Assembly (NCBI GenBank): GCA_003141335.1
Contig: PLLR01000058.1
Coordinates: 1,009 to 65,008 of the forward strand
Reading direction: 5' to 3'
From: Methanoregula sp.
GTDB lineage: Archaea; Halobacteriota; Methanomicrobia; Methanomicrobiales; Methanospirillaceae
DNA: 64,000 nucleotides
Both the position numbers and the translations under genes were made by a program. Below, in pieces: positions 45,858 through 55,487 of this stretch; positions within the stretch are counted from its first letter, which is position 1; each line of letters starts with the position of its first letter. The notes below the pieces were generated by a model. It was not told the origin of the DNA, ran no database searches, and worked only from the letters and a program-made list of their open reading frames with translations.

Positions 45858-46589
45858 TTATCTCCATTCCTCATGGAGGTACCTGGTTCGGAATATCTTT
45901 GAGAGGAGAACAATATTATTCCTGATCTCCTTGGTCACCTTGATCTTGGAGACCCCATATTTTCGTCTCATGAGAGGAACCGGGATCTCAACGATACTCT
46001 TCCCCGCGATGATGAACTTGGAGATGATCTCCGCGTTGATCTCAAAATTGCCGCTTGATATGGTGATATCGTCCAGAGCACTTTTCCGGTAGAGCCGGAA
46101 GATGGGGCTTACGCTCGTGATCTTCTCTCCGAGAAGGAGCCGGTACAGGAAGTTCACGGATTTGCTAAGGAAGAGCCGGAAGGGAGTGACCTCCTCCATC
46201 AACCCTTCACCAAGGTATGGCGATCCCGAAATCAGGTCGGCCCCCGTCACCCGGAATTTTTCGACGAGCTGTTCCACGTCCTGGGGCCGGAAGGTCAGGT
46301 CTGAGTCCATAGTGACGACAAGTTCGGATGTGCATGCCGAGAGCCCGGTCCTGATTGCGTTCCCCATCCCCCGGTTGATCCCGTGTTCGAGGACTTTTAT
46401 GTCCTGCCGCATCGCAGCGATCCTGTGGAGTTGGGCAACGGTATCATCCCGGCTCCCGTCGTCAACAAGGATGAATTCGAACGTCTCTCCGGTCTTTTTT
46501 GCGATCGCATCGATTACCGGGAAGAGATCCTTCCCATAGTGCCTGACATTCTCTGCCTCATTGAAGAGTGGGATGATGATGGAGATCAT
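45858..46589 (-). CDS. GT2 glycosyltransferase (polyprenyl-phosphate sugar synthase-like)
   Basis: 243 aa. N-terminus MISIIIPLFNEAENV, with VDDGSRDDT and DSD motifs. DPM1/ArnC-like size. Confidence 0.85.
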   Translation of the reverse strand: MISIIIPLFNEAENVRHYGKDLFPVIDAIAKKTGETFEFILVDDGSRDDTVAQLHRIAAMRQDIKVLEHGINRGMGNAIRTGLSACTSELVVTMDSDLTFRPQDVEQLVEKFRVTGADLISGSPYLGEGLMEEVTPFRLFLSKSVNFLYRLLLGEKITSVSPIFRLYRKSALDDITISSGNFEINAEIISKFIIAGKSIVEIPVPLMRRKYGVSKIKVTKEIRNNIVLLSKIFRTRYLHEEWR

Positions 46590-47533
46590 GGAGGGACCTC
46601 GCTGAGCTGATCAAGTGAGAATTTAGAGAATACAAACCCGAGGACAAGGGCATAATACATCGAGAGAATCCGGTCGGTTAGGACGATCGACATCGCGCTG
46701 ACCGGGGCGATGCCAGTCTGCTGGAGCAGGAGGCTCAGCGATCCCTCGGTTATCCCGATCCCAAGTGGTATCTGCGAGATGAGCCCCGCGATGATTGCGA
46801 GGCTGAAGAAGATGGAGACCTGGAGGGGGTTGAGAGTGTAACCGAACGCGAGAGCAACGACCCATAACCGGGCAAATTCAAAGATGAGCGAGATGAGGGT
46901 GATGGCAAATACTGATGATATGTTCGAAAAGGGGATTTTCCGGATCCGGAAACTAACCTCAGGGATCTTGACCCGGGGAAGCCTGACGACAATCCTCTCG
47001 ATGAAACCTAAGAAGAACTCGGATTTAAAGTAGAAGAGGGAGAGGAGAATGAGGATGAGGGCGCTCAGCTCAAGAACAATGAACGTGATCCCCCGAAGGT
47101 CGATGAAGACAATGGCCGCGGCCGTCAGAAAAAGGATCAGGAGCTCGAAGAAGCGCTCGTAGAAGAGCATCGAGACACCGTCAAAGAAGTTCATAAGATA
47201 GCGCTTCTGCATGAAATACGCCTTGAAGAGATCGCCGATCTTCCCGGGGGTGATATTGGCAAAATAGAAGCTTGAGACAGTGACGATCGAGGCGTCCCTG
47301 AGGCTGATGGGGCAGTCATAGTGCCTGCTTAAGTAGCTCCACCGGTAGATCTTGGTCAGGATATTCAGGTTCGAGAGGATGAATGCGAGGACCAGGAGCG
47401 GGATGCTGACCGCAAAAAACATCCTGTAGTTCTCGATGATACCCGACGTGCCGATGATATAGACGAGGAGAAGGAGACCGAAGAGAAGTAGGATGAACTG
47501 GAAAATCCGCTTGGTTCTTTGTGAGATCTCCAT
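46586..47533 (-). CDS. flippase-like (UPF0104 / LPG-synthase TM-type) membrane protein
   Basis: 315 aa, about 8 TM helices. ATGA overlap with the GT2 gene. Confidence 0.55.
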   Translation of the reverse strand: MEISQRTKRIFQFILLLFGLLLLVYIIGTSGIIENYRMFFAVSIPLLVLAFILSNLNILTKIYRWSYLSRHYDCPISLRDASIVTVSSFYFANITPGKIGDLFKAYFMQKRYLMNFFDGVSMLFYERFFELLILFLTAAAIVFIDLRGITFIVLELSALILILLSLFYFKSEFFLGFIERIVVRLPRVKIPEVSFRIRKIPFSNISSVFAITLISLIFEFARLWVVALAFGYTLNPLQVSIFFSLAIIAGLISQIPLGIGITEGSLSLLLQQTGIAPVSAMSIVLTDRILSMYYALVLGFVFSKFSLDQLSEVPP

Positions 47534-47806
47534 GCATCACCTGTGGCTGTATTAGTAGTTGTACGGTTTTACATAAAATTATCTTCATACTCTGGTGGCT
47601 TTCTCGTTCGCCCATCTCTTTGTCGCTGGTTTTTTGTAGCCGCAGGGGAACATCGAGCGATTGTCCGCAGGCCCCGGATCTTCCACCTTGGATTTAAACG
47701 ACTTTCTTATACCGAAGGTTTATCCGGCTCCATCTTCCCTGCCCAGATCATGCATCACCCGACCCTCCAGAAACTACATACGCACGAAGACAGAACCTGA
47801 TCCTGT

Positions 47807-48778
47807 ATGTCCAATCTCACCGTCGCAATTCTCGCCCCTCCCGATTATGCCAAAGATCTGGGAAAGAAGGGTACAGCAAGCGATATCACCTTTTATAACC
47901 TGAAAAAAGGTGACGCAACCGTCACGTTTATTGAACCAACGCGGTATCCGGAGAAACTATCCTCACTGTTTTTCGCAGTATCCTTTGCAGATCGCGTTGT
48001 TCTGGTAGTCGATGAAATCAACGCTACATTCGGTGAATGTGTGCTGATGCTCCAGTGCTCCGGCAAATCCACGGGTTATCTCATCTTGAAAAATTATATC
48101 ACGCCGGATCAGATCGCCCCGCTTATCAAGGGCACGGTTCTGGAACACTACGAAGTAATTGAGGAGGATATCGTTGGCCTTCGCGAGAAATTGCTCGACA
48201 TTTCCGTAAAACAGACCGCTCACCAGAAAGTGCACGATACCGCAGGAAAAGGGACAGTTCCAGTGGATGCGCATTTCAATGTGAAAGGAGTCGGAGTTGT
48301 CGTTCTTGGCAGTGTTGCACAGGGAAGTATAAAAAAACATGATACTCTCAAAGTCCTTCCGACTGAAAAAACTGCCCAGATCCGCTCTATCCAGAAACAT
48401 GATGATGATGCAGAGAGTGCCATAACCGGTGATCGGGTTGGACTCGCCCTGAAAAATATTGAATCAGAAGATCTGGATCGGGGTTTTGTCCTGACCAATG
48501 ATCCATCGATAAAACACGCAACCACAATTTCAGGAAAAGCCCAGCTCGTGAAATACTGGCCTGCCCCGCTCAAGGAGGGTATGATATTGTACGCCGGCCA
48601 CTGGATGCAGTTCCTCCCTACACGTCTGGAGAAAATCATAGTTGACGGTGACTGGAGGATGCCGACCATTACCCTGACTATGGAAAAAGCGCTTGTTTAT
48701 CCACCCGGTGCACGGGTAGTGCTTCATTATCTCGAAGGCGGCAAGCTTCGGGTAGTGGGAGCCCTCACCCTACAATAA
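47807..48778 (+). CDS. EF-Tu/SelB-like protein with degenerate G domain
   Basis: 323 aa. There is a clear EF-Tu domain-2 beta-barrel (FNVKGVGVVVLGSVAQGSIKKHDTLKVLP...GDRVGLALKNI). The G1/G3/G4 motifs are not intact by eye. Confidence 0.65.
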   Translation: MSNLTVAILAPPDYAKDLGKKGTASDITFYNLKKGDATVTFIEPTRYPEKLSSLFFAVSFADRVVLVVDEINATFGECVLMLQCSGKSTGYLILKNYITPDQIAPLIKGTVLEHYEVIEEDIVGLREKLLDISVKQTAHQKVHDTAGKGTVPVDAHFNVKGVGVVVLGSVAQGSIKKHDTLKVLPTEKTAQIRSIQKHDDDAESAITGDRVGLALKNIESEDLDRGFVLTNDPSIKHATTISGKAQLVKYWPAPLKEGMILYAGHWMQFLPTRLEKIIVDGDWRMPTITLTMEKALVYPPGARVVLHYLEGGKLRVVGALTLQ

Positions 48779-48879
48779 TGTCCATCACCCTACTTTTTCG
48801 TGCGTTTTTTTTCGTGATTCTCATCACACCTGCCCCATGATCTTATCTTTCTGAACGATCATCACTATTCTGAGTAACA

Positions 48880-49449
48880 ATGTTTGAGAATCTCATAGGA
48901 TGGATTGTACTGGGCGTCATAGCCCTTGTCATTGTAGGACTGATCCTCTGGGCGATCGGTATCTATAACCGGTTCTTCAGCCTGAAAAATTCGTCCGAGG
49001 CAACGCTTGGACAGATCCGCGTGGCCATGAAGAAACGGCTGGACATGATCGAACAACTCCTTGGCTCAGTGAAGAGTTACGCCAAGTTCGAAAAAGAGAC
49101 CCTGGAAAAAGTCACTGCCATGCGGGCAAGTGTCGCCACCGCAGGGCCCGGTGATTTAAACAAAGTCGAAGCAGAATCCCGTTCGATATTCGGCCGCCTG
49201 CTTGCAGTAGCAGAAAATTATCCTGACCTGAAAACATCTGCTACCGTAATGAGCATGATGGACTCCGTCAAAGGACTGGAGGATGAAATCGCCCGGCAGC
49301 GCTATACATACAACAACATCTCGCAGGAGTTCAATACGATGATGGACACGATCCCATCAAAATTCATCGGACGTCTGGTTGGGCTTATCAAGCTTGAGTA
49401 CCTGCAGTTCGAAGAAGCGATTAAGACACCTCCGAAGATTGAGTTCTGA
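48880..49449 (+). CDS. lemA: LemA family protein
   Basis: 189 aa. N-terminal TM helix and ENYPDLKTS / RQRYTYNNISQEFN motifs. Confidence 0.9.
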   Translation: MFENLIGWIVLGVIALVIVGLILWAIGIYNRFFSLKNSSEATLGQIRVAMKKRLDMIEQLLGSVKSYAKFEKETLEKVTAMRASVATAGPGDLNKVEAESRSIFGRLLAVAENYPDLKTSATVMSMMDSVKGLEDEIARQRYTYNNISQEFNTMMDTIPSKFIGRLVGLIKLEYLQFEEAIKTPPKIEF

Positions 49450-49461
49450 TAGGAAATTGCC

Positions 49462-51300
49462 ATGGGTGAAACGAAAAAACTGGTGATACTTGTTATCGCA
49501 TGTCTGATCATCGGTGTTATCGGTATTGCACTTGTTACAATACTTCCCCCGCGTTTTGAAGGTGATCTCACAGTCACGTCGTATGAGGCGACCCTGTATA
49601 ATAACGGGACGCTCACTGAGCAGTATACCTACGATGTGAAAACGTCCGGTGAGTATCACATGCTGTACCGTTCGTGGGAAGAGCCGCTTCTTTTTACCAC
49701 ACCAGCCCAGCCATCCATTATGATGGTTTCTGCAACACCACCGTCAGGAACGATTGCGTACGCCAAAGATAATTCGGGCGATGTAGCTGTGTATGGTGAT
49801 TCCTCAGCTGCTTCCTACAAATCAACCATTGGCCAATCAGCCCAGAATGATGAAGTAGGGATCTACAATCCCGGCTCCTTTCCTGCAGGGCAATACACGG
49901 TGGATTATACCTACGTCCTTTATCCCCCGATTGAGTACGACACTGGTGTGACCCATCTCAACCTGAAGTTCGCCGGGCAATCCCACATCCCGTACCATGA
50001 CATTACAATCACTATTCCTTCAGATGGCATTCAACAGGTATTTGCCTATCCTCCGACGCTGATCACGGTTCTGTCGGGAAATACGTATACCTTCAGCGGT
50101 AGCGCAGCGGCAGATGAAAATATTGCCATCGAGATGCTGGGTGGATCAACGGTATTCAGCCAGATCCCGGGGTTCAGGACTCAGGTTACCGGTCTCGCAG
50201 GACAAACCACCTCAGGAAGTTTCTGGTATAATACAATCTACACGCTCTCGTACCTGCTGAATTACCTGGCAAAATCAGCCGTCATTCTCGTGCCCCTCTT
50301 GTTCGTTTTGATTTACCGCTGGTACGGCAGGGAAAAGATGTTTACGGTACCCGAATACCTGAGCACTGTCCCAAATCCGGCGCTCAAACCCTGGCAGGTC
50401 AACCTGCTGTTCAAGGATGATGCACTGGAGTTCGATGAGAGTGGGTATCATGCAACGCTTCTCGATCTCCACCGGAGAAAATTCATAACGATAACCTCGA
50501 AGCAGGAAGGAAAAGCCAAAGATTTCGAGATCCGTATCCTGAAAACCACCTCCGATGACCCGTACGAGCAGAGAGTCCTCAATGTTCTTGGACAAATTGC
50601 TGAGAATGGCGTCCTCGATGAGAGTCACATTGAGAAGCTTGCACAAGAAGCAAGGACAAATATTGCATCAGAAGAGATCGCGCTCCGCTACCAGAGGATG
50701 CTGACCGATGTGACCAGGAGAGCAGATCCATCACTTGCCAATCAGTATATCGTGGATGGAAGAGATCATATCGTTCCGCTCCTGCTTGTCAGCATCACCG
50801 TGTTTGCTGTCACGCTCATATTTGCATTCCTGGAACCCATGCAGTCATACATCCTTATCCCGGCCACGGCATTATGGGGAGTCGTCATTGTGCAGGTAGT
50901 GATCGCAATCGCGATGCCATCAACCCTGTTCGGTCACTGGAAAGGTGACAAATACAAAGAGAAGCTCGAATGGGACGCATTTGCCCACTTCCTCTCGGAT
51001 CTCGCGCTGATACGGAAATATGCCCCGGAAGATCTCTCAATGTGGGGAGAATGGCTGGTCTATGGGACCGCCCTAGGCGTTGGTGACAAGGTCGAGAGCG
51101 CAATGGCAGCACTCAACATCAATGTAGCTGAGACGGGAGTCCCTGCAGGTGCAGTGGGAATAGGGTATGCCTTTACTCCCCTCCTTTTCTTCTCCCCGCC
51201 CGTCCGCGGTGGTTCAGGTGGTTTCCGTGGAGGATTCGGCGGCGGAGGAGGGTTTGGCGGAGGCGGAGGTTTTGGTGGTGGTGGTGCCGGGGGACGATAA
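49462..51300 (+). CDS. DUF2207-type membrane protein with Gly-rich C-terminal tail
   Basis: 612 aa. N-terminal anchor, extracytoplasmic domain and TM bundle. The tail is GGSGGFRGGFGGGGGFGGGGGFGGGGAGGR. This is the classic LemA neighbour. Confidence 0.78.
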   Translation: MGETKKLVILVIACLIIGVIGIALVTILPPRFEGDLTVTSYEATLYNNGTLTEQYTYDVKTSGEYHMLYRSWEEPLLFTTPAQPSIMMVSATPPSGTIAYAKDNSGDVAVYGDSSAASYKSTIGQSAQNDEVGIYNPGSFPAGQYTVDYTYVLYPPIEYDTGVTHLNLKFAGQSHIPYHDITITIPSDGIQQVFAYPPTLITVLSGNTYTFSGSAAADENIAIEMLGGSTVFSQIPGFRTQVTGLAGQTTSGSFWYNTIYTLSYLLNYLAKSAVILVPLLFVLIYRWYGREKMFTVPEYLSTVPNPALKPWQVNLLFKDDALEFDESGYHATLLDLHRRKFITITSKQEGKAKDFEIRILKTTSDDPYEQRVLNVLGQIAENGVLDESHIEKLAQEARTNIASEEIALRYQRMLTDVTRRADPSLANQYIVDGRDHIVPLLLVSITVFAVTLIFAFLEPMQSYILIPATALWGVVIVQVVIAIAMPSTLFGHWKGDKYKEKLEWDAFAHFLSDLALIRKYAPEDLSMWGEWLVYGTALGVGDKVESAMAALNINVAETGVPAGAVGIGYAFTPLLFFSPPVRGGSGGFRGGFGGGGGFGGGGGFGGGGAGGR

Positions 51301-51449
51301 ACCTCATGCCACCATACCTGTGAAAATTTTTATTCCGGATGAAAAGCCCGTACCTTACCGCACAAAAATCAAAATTCCGTTCGGGAGACGGTCATATAAG
51401 ATATAACTCCGCACAAACCATATGAATACGAAAAAGGGAATCTGATTAT

Positions 51450-52043
51450 ATGCAATATACGGAAGGTCAGCTCGGCAGGGTCTTTGTCGTGAGGATCGAT
51501 GACGGCGAAGATATGCTCGTCTCGCTGCACCAGTTCATCCTCGACAAAGGTATCCATGCCGGTACGATCCTCTTCCTTGGCGCCCTGATGAACGGGAGGA
51601 TGGTGACCGGACCAGAAGAGCCGGTAATTCCCCCGACTCCTCATTTTGTTATGTTTGAGGGAGGTTGGGAAGTCTTTGGTATAGGAACCATCTTTATGGG
51701 AGAAGGTGGTCCGCACATCCATTATCACGCATCAGTAGGTCGTTCCGGGCATGCCCTCACCGGCTGTCTCAGGGAAAAAGCCACCACATACCTGATTGTT
51801 GAAGCAGTTATTTTGGAATTCACCGGTCTTTCTGCACGGCGAGAATTTGATAAAAAAATGCAGGTTCATCTTCCGGTACTGGGAACAGGAGAAAATTCGG
51901 TCCCCACGGATAAAATAAAACCAGGAGAACCAACGAAAAAAAAGGAAGAATCGCCTCATGACGAAAAAATAGATCAGGAAGATGATCTGCCGGGAGGCCT
52001 TGCAGAAATCATCCGTGACCTGACCCGTCGCCCGCCACCATGA
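51450..52043 (+). CDS. PPC (DUF296) domain protein with charged C-terminal extension
   Basis: 197 aa. GRVFVVRIDDGEDMLVSLHQFILDKGIHAGTILFLGAL...HIHYHASVG is a PPC-fold pattern. Confidence 0.65.
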   Translation: MQYTEGQLGRVFVVRIDDGEDMLVSLHQFILDKGIHAGTILFLGALMNGRMVTGPEEPVIPPTPHFVMFEGGWEVFGIGTIFMGEGGPHIHYHASVGRSGHALTGCLREKATTYLIVEAVILEFTGLSARREFDKKMQVHLPVLGTGENSVPTDKIKPGEPTKKKEESPHDEKIDQEDDLPGGLAEIIRDLTRRPPP

Positions 52044-52092
52044 AGATCCTTTTTGTTCATCAGAATATACACCAACTTTTTTTCCCCTCCCT

Positions 52093-53931
52093 ATGATACA
52101 CCAGCCCGTGTTTCTTCCCCTGTCCTTTCATGAGGGAAATAAGCTCGGCATCCGGCAATTTGACATTATCCTGGTGACAGGAGATGCATATGTTGATCAT
52201 CCTTCTTTTGGGACTGCCCTGATTGGCAGGGTCCTGTGGGATGCCGGCTTTACGGTTGGAATTATTGCCCGGCCTGACCGGGCCACCGCTGTTGATTTTA
52301 CCGTACTTGGAAAACCGCGACTGTTCTTTGGTATATCGTCCGGGAACGTCGATTCGATGGTGAATAACTTCACTCCTAACCTTAAACGGCGGTGTGATGA
52401 TGTCTATTCGCCCGGCGGGATCCTAAGACGACCTGACCGGGCAACCATTGTCTATACCAACCGGATACACGAACTGTTCCCTGACACCCCGATTGTCATG
52501 GGGGGTATCGAGGCAAGCCTGCGCAGGTTTGCCCATTACGATTACTGGCAGGATCGCGTGCGGCAGGCGATCCTTGCTGATGCCCCGGCAGATCTTCTGG
52601 TGTTCGGTATGGGGGAGAGGCAGGTGGTGGAGATTGCCCGGCGGCTTGCATCCGGCGAAACTGTTGCATCACTTCGGGATGTCCGGGGAACTGCATTTAC
52701 CCTGGACCTTGCACAATGGCGAAGTAAACGACCGGAGTGGATCATTGAACTCCCCGGGTTCAGCGAGGTAGCACAGGACAAAATCTCGTATGCCCGTGCG
52801 TTTGCGATGCATTACCATGAGCAGGATCCAGTCCGGGGCAGGACGATTGCGCAACCGCACCCAAAAACGGTGGTAATCCAGAATCCTCCGGCATTACCTC
52901 TGTCGACGGAAGAGCTCGATCATATCTATGACCTGCCTTTCTCCCGCCGTGCACACCCGTCATATATACAAAGGGTCCCCGCACTTGAACCGGTACAGTT
53001 CTCCGTGACGAGCCACCGCGGGTGTTTTGGTGCCTGCTCGTTCTGCGCCTTAACCCATCACCAGGGCAGGATCATCCAGAGCCGGAGCATGGCATCGATC
53101 ATCCGCGAAGTAACGCGAATGACTAATATGCCGGAATTCAAGGGCATCGTGCAGGACGTCGGAGGTCCGACAGCGAACATGTACTGCCTTTCATGTGATC
53201 TCTGGGAAAAATATGGAGCCTGTCGGGACAAACGATGCAGCCCGTCTTGTAAAAACCTGAACACGAGTCATCGGCATCAGGGTGTACTTCTCAAAAAACT
53301 CCGCGAAATTCCGGGTGTGAAAAAAGTCTTCATCGGTTCCGGCATTCGCTATGATCTTGCGCTTGCAGATGATTCCGGCTACCTTGAAATGATCTGCGAT
53401 CATCACGTCTCTGGTCATCTCAAGGTCGCGCCGGAACATGTGACAAAAAGAGTCACGGACGCCATGAACAAACCCGATCGTGAAGTTTTTGATCGGTTCT
53501 GCGACCGGTTCGAAAAAGAGCAGCAGGGCAAAAAGAAACGGCAATACATCCTCCCGTACTTCATGTCGGGACATCCCGGCTGTTCCATCAGTGATATGGT
53601 CGATCTTGCGGTCTATATCCGTGACCACCAGCTCTATACTGAGCAGGTGCAGGACTTCACACCGACACCAATGAGTGTTTCGACCTGTATGTACTATACC
53701 GGTCTCAATCCATTCACTCTCGAGCCGGTCCACGTGCCGAAGGGGCATGAAAAGAAGATCCAGCGTGCACTGATGCAGTACCGTGAATTACATAACAGGG
53801 AATTAGTTATTGAAGGCCTTACTGCTGCAGGAAGAACCGATCTCATCGGCAACGGCAGGCAGTTCCTGGTACCTTCCCATGACAGAGGGGTTCACCACTA
53901 CGCGATAAAACATGATGGAACTAAAAAATAA
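52093..53931 (+). CDS. ygiQ: YgiQ-family (UPF0313) radical SAM protein
   Basis: 612 aa. Contains the CFGACSFC radical SAM CxxxCxxC motif, a YgiQ-type N-terminal domain (DIILVTGDAYVDHPSFG) and a C-terminal domain. Confidence 0.88.
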   Translation: MIHQPVFLPLSFHEGNKLGIRQFDIILVTGDAYVDHPSFGTALIGRVLWDAGFTVGIIARPDRATAVDFTVLGKPRLFFGISSGNVDSMVNNFTPNLKRRCDDVYSPGGILRRPDRATIVYTNRIHELFPDTPIVMGGIEASLRRFAHYDYWQDRVRQAILADAPADLLVFGMGERQVVEIARRLASGETVASLRDVRGTAFTLDLAQWRSKRPEWIIELPGFSEVAQDKISYARAFAMHYHEQDPVRGRTIAQPHPKTVVIQNPPALPLSTEELDHIYDLPFSRRAHPSYIQRVPALEPVQFSVTSHRGCFGACSFCALTHHQGRIIQSRSMASIIREVTRMTNMPEFKGIVQDVGGPTANMYCLSCDLWEKYGACRDKRCSPSCKNLNTSHRHQGVLLKKLREIPGVKKVFIGSGIRYDLALADDSGYLEMICDHHVSGHLKVAPEHVTKRVTDAMNKPDREVFDRFCDRFEKEQQGKKKRQYILPYFMSGHPGCSISDMVDLAVYIRDHQLYTEQVQDFTPTPMSVSTCMYYTGLNPFTLEPVHVPKGHEKKIQRALMQYRELHNRELVIEGLTAAGRTDLIGNGRQFLVPSHDRGVHHYAIKHDGTKK

Positions 53932-53958
53932 GGTGATCTAAAAACATGTGGTCTCCCT

Positions 53959-53969
53959 AAAAAAAAAAA
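53959..53969 (-). terminator. T11 tract immediately after manC
   Basis: An A11 run on +, 2 nt beyond the manC stop codon. Confidence 0.5.
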
Positions 53970-53970
53970 T

Positions 53971-55320
53971 TCACGTCCTTCCATAATCGTCGTTGAACCT
54001 GACGATATCATCCTCTTTGAGATATTCCCCAAGTTGTACCTCAATGACTTCGAGGGGTATGATGCCGGGATTCTTCAACCGGTGCCTCATGCCGCTGCGG
54101 ACAAACGTGCTTTCACCTTGCCTGAGTAACCTGGTTTCCCCGTTCAGTTCGACTTCCGCCGTCCCGCTTACCACAACCCAGTGTTCACTCCGGTGATGGT
54201 GCAGCTGGAGCGAGAGTTTCTGGCCCGGTTTGACGCTGACTCGTTTAATTTTATAGATTTCAGTCTCTTCAAGGACCGTGTAAGATCCCCACGGGCGGTG
54301 CACCTGGCGGTGGAATTTGGTGACCGGATCATTGCGCTCATTATACCGGGTTACCAGATGTTTTACCTGCTCCGTATGTCGGTTATCGCAGACAAGGAGT
54401 GCATCATCGGTGTCAACGACAATCAGGTCATTGACGCCGATCAGTCCTACATGTTTACCCGGTGCATGCACAAAGTTGTTTCTCGCTGAAAAATACTCCG
54501 CATTACCAACATTCCCCTCACTATCATGCAGTTCGACATCGTAAAGGGCTTTGAATGTACCCAGATCACTCCACTCGGTTTCAAGAGTTACAACAGCAAC
54601 CCTTTTTGAGTGTTCCAGCAGCCCGTAATCAATGGAGATTGATTCAAGCTTCTTATAATCCGCAACGCATCCCTCAGCGAATGTATCGGACAGTTCCGGG
54701 CGAAATTTCTTTAGTTCCTCAAAAAAGCAGTCGGTGGAGAGGAGAAATATCCCGCTGTTCCAGAGATATCCATTCCGGACATATTCTTTTGCGGTTTTTT
54801 CATCCGGCTTCTCTTTGAATACGTCAACAACAGACCCCTGGAAAAGTGGTTTTCCCGGTTTGATATACCCATAGCCTGTCTGGGGGGAGGTTGGTTTTAT
54901 ACCGAACGTGACAAGATTTTTTCCGGCCAGTGGTTCTGCAGCGCGGATCTGATCGAGTGCAGTATCCCCCAGAATGTGATCACTGGGAAATACAACCGCG
55001 GTGCCAGAGGAAAAAATACTCCGGATTCTCTGCATAGCCCATGCGATGGCAGGCAACGTGTTTTTTCCTTCCGGCTCTGCAAGAAGATGATCATCAGAAA
55101 TGATGTATCCCATCTCCTCAATCTGGTTACGGGCGAGGTACTGGTGGATTTCGCTGGTCACCACAAATATCCCGTCAGGATCCGAAAGCCGGGTTGCCCG
55201 TTCGTAGGTCTTCTGAAAAAGCGAATGACCGTCGAGCTGGATGAACTGCTTGGGATAATACTCGCGGGAGAGCGGCCATAGTCTCGTCCCGACACCCCCG
55301 GCAAGAATGATGGATTTCAT
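53971..55320 (-). CDS. manC: mannose-1-phosphate guanylyltransferase / mannose-6-phosphate isomerase
   Basis: Trimmed to ATG 55320. The N-terminus is MKSIILAGGVGTRLWPLSR, with a C-terminal cupin (HHRSEHWVVVSGTAEV). Confidence 0.9.
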   Translation of the reverse strand: MKSIILAGGVGTRLWPLSREYYPKQFIQLDGHSLFQKTYERATRLSDPDGIFVVTSEIHQYLARNQIEEMGYIISDDHLLAEPEGKNTLPAIAWAMQRIRSIFSSGTAVVFPSDHILGDTALDQIRAAEPLAGKNLVTFGIKPTSPQTGYGYIKPGKPLFQGSVVDVFKEKPDEKTAKEYVRNGYLWNSGIFLLSTDCFFEELKKFRPELSDTFAEGCVADYKKLESISIDYGLLEHSKRVAVVTLETEWSDLGTFKALYDVELHDSEGNVGNAEYFSARNNFVHAPGKHVGLIGVNDLIVVDTDDALLVCDNRHTEQVKHLVTRYNERNDPVTKFHRQVHRPWGSYTVLEETEIYKIKRVSVKPGQKLSLQLHHHRSEHWVVVSGTAEVELNGETRLLRQGESTFVRSGMRHRLKNPGIIPLEVIEVQLGEYLKEDDIVRFNDDYGRT

Positions 55321-55487
55321 GATCTCCTGTAAACCTGAACGGGTGTGCAGGTACACCAGCGTTCATTAATGTATCACATAATTCTGTCCGGAGTCACCAT
55401 TTATAGGATTCGATCCCGCACATTATGGTAAAAATAGACCCTGTATGATTAAAAAAGATGGGGGATAATCTCCCTTGGGAAGAAATA

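Noticed and set aside
51205-51297. Repetitive ggn-rich DNA that might look like a tandem repeat or array.
   Set aside because: It is in frame and encodes the Gly/Phe-rich C-terminal tail typical of DUF2207 proteins. There is no spacer-repeat periodicity.
55406-55417. ggattcgatccc, which resembles a tRNA T-arm/T-loop.
   Set aside because: I could not build an acceptor stem, D-arm or anticodon arm from the flanking sequence. It sits in the short manC upstream spacer.
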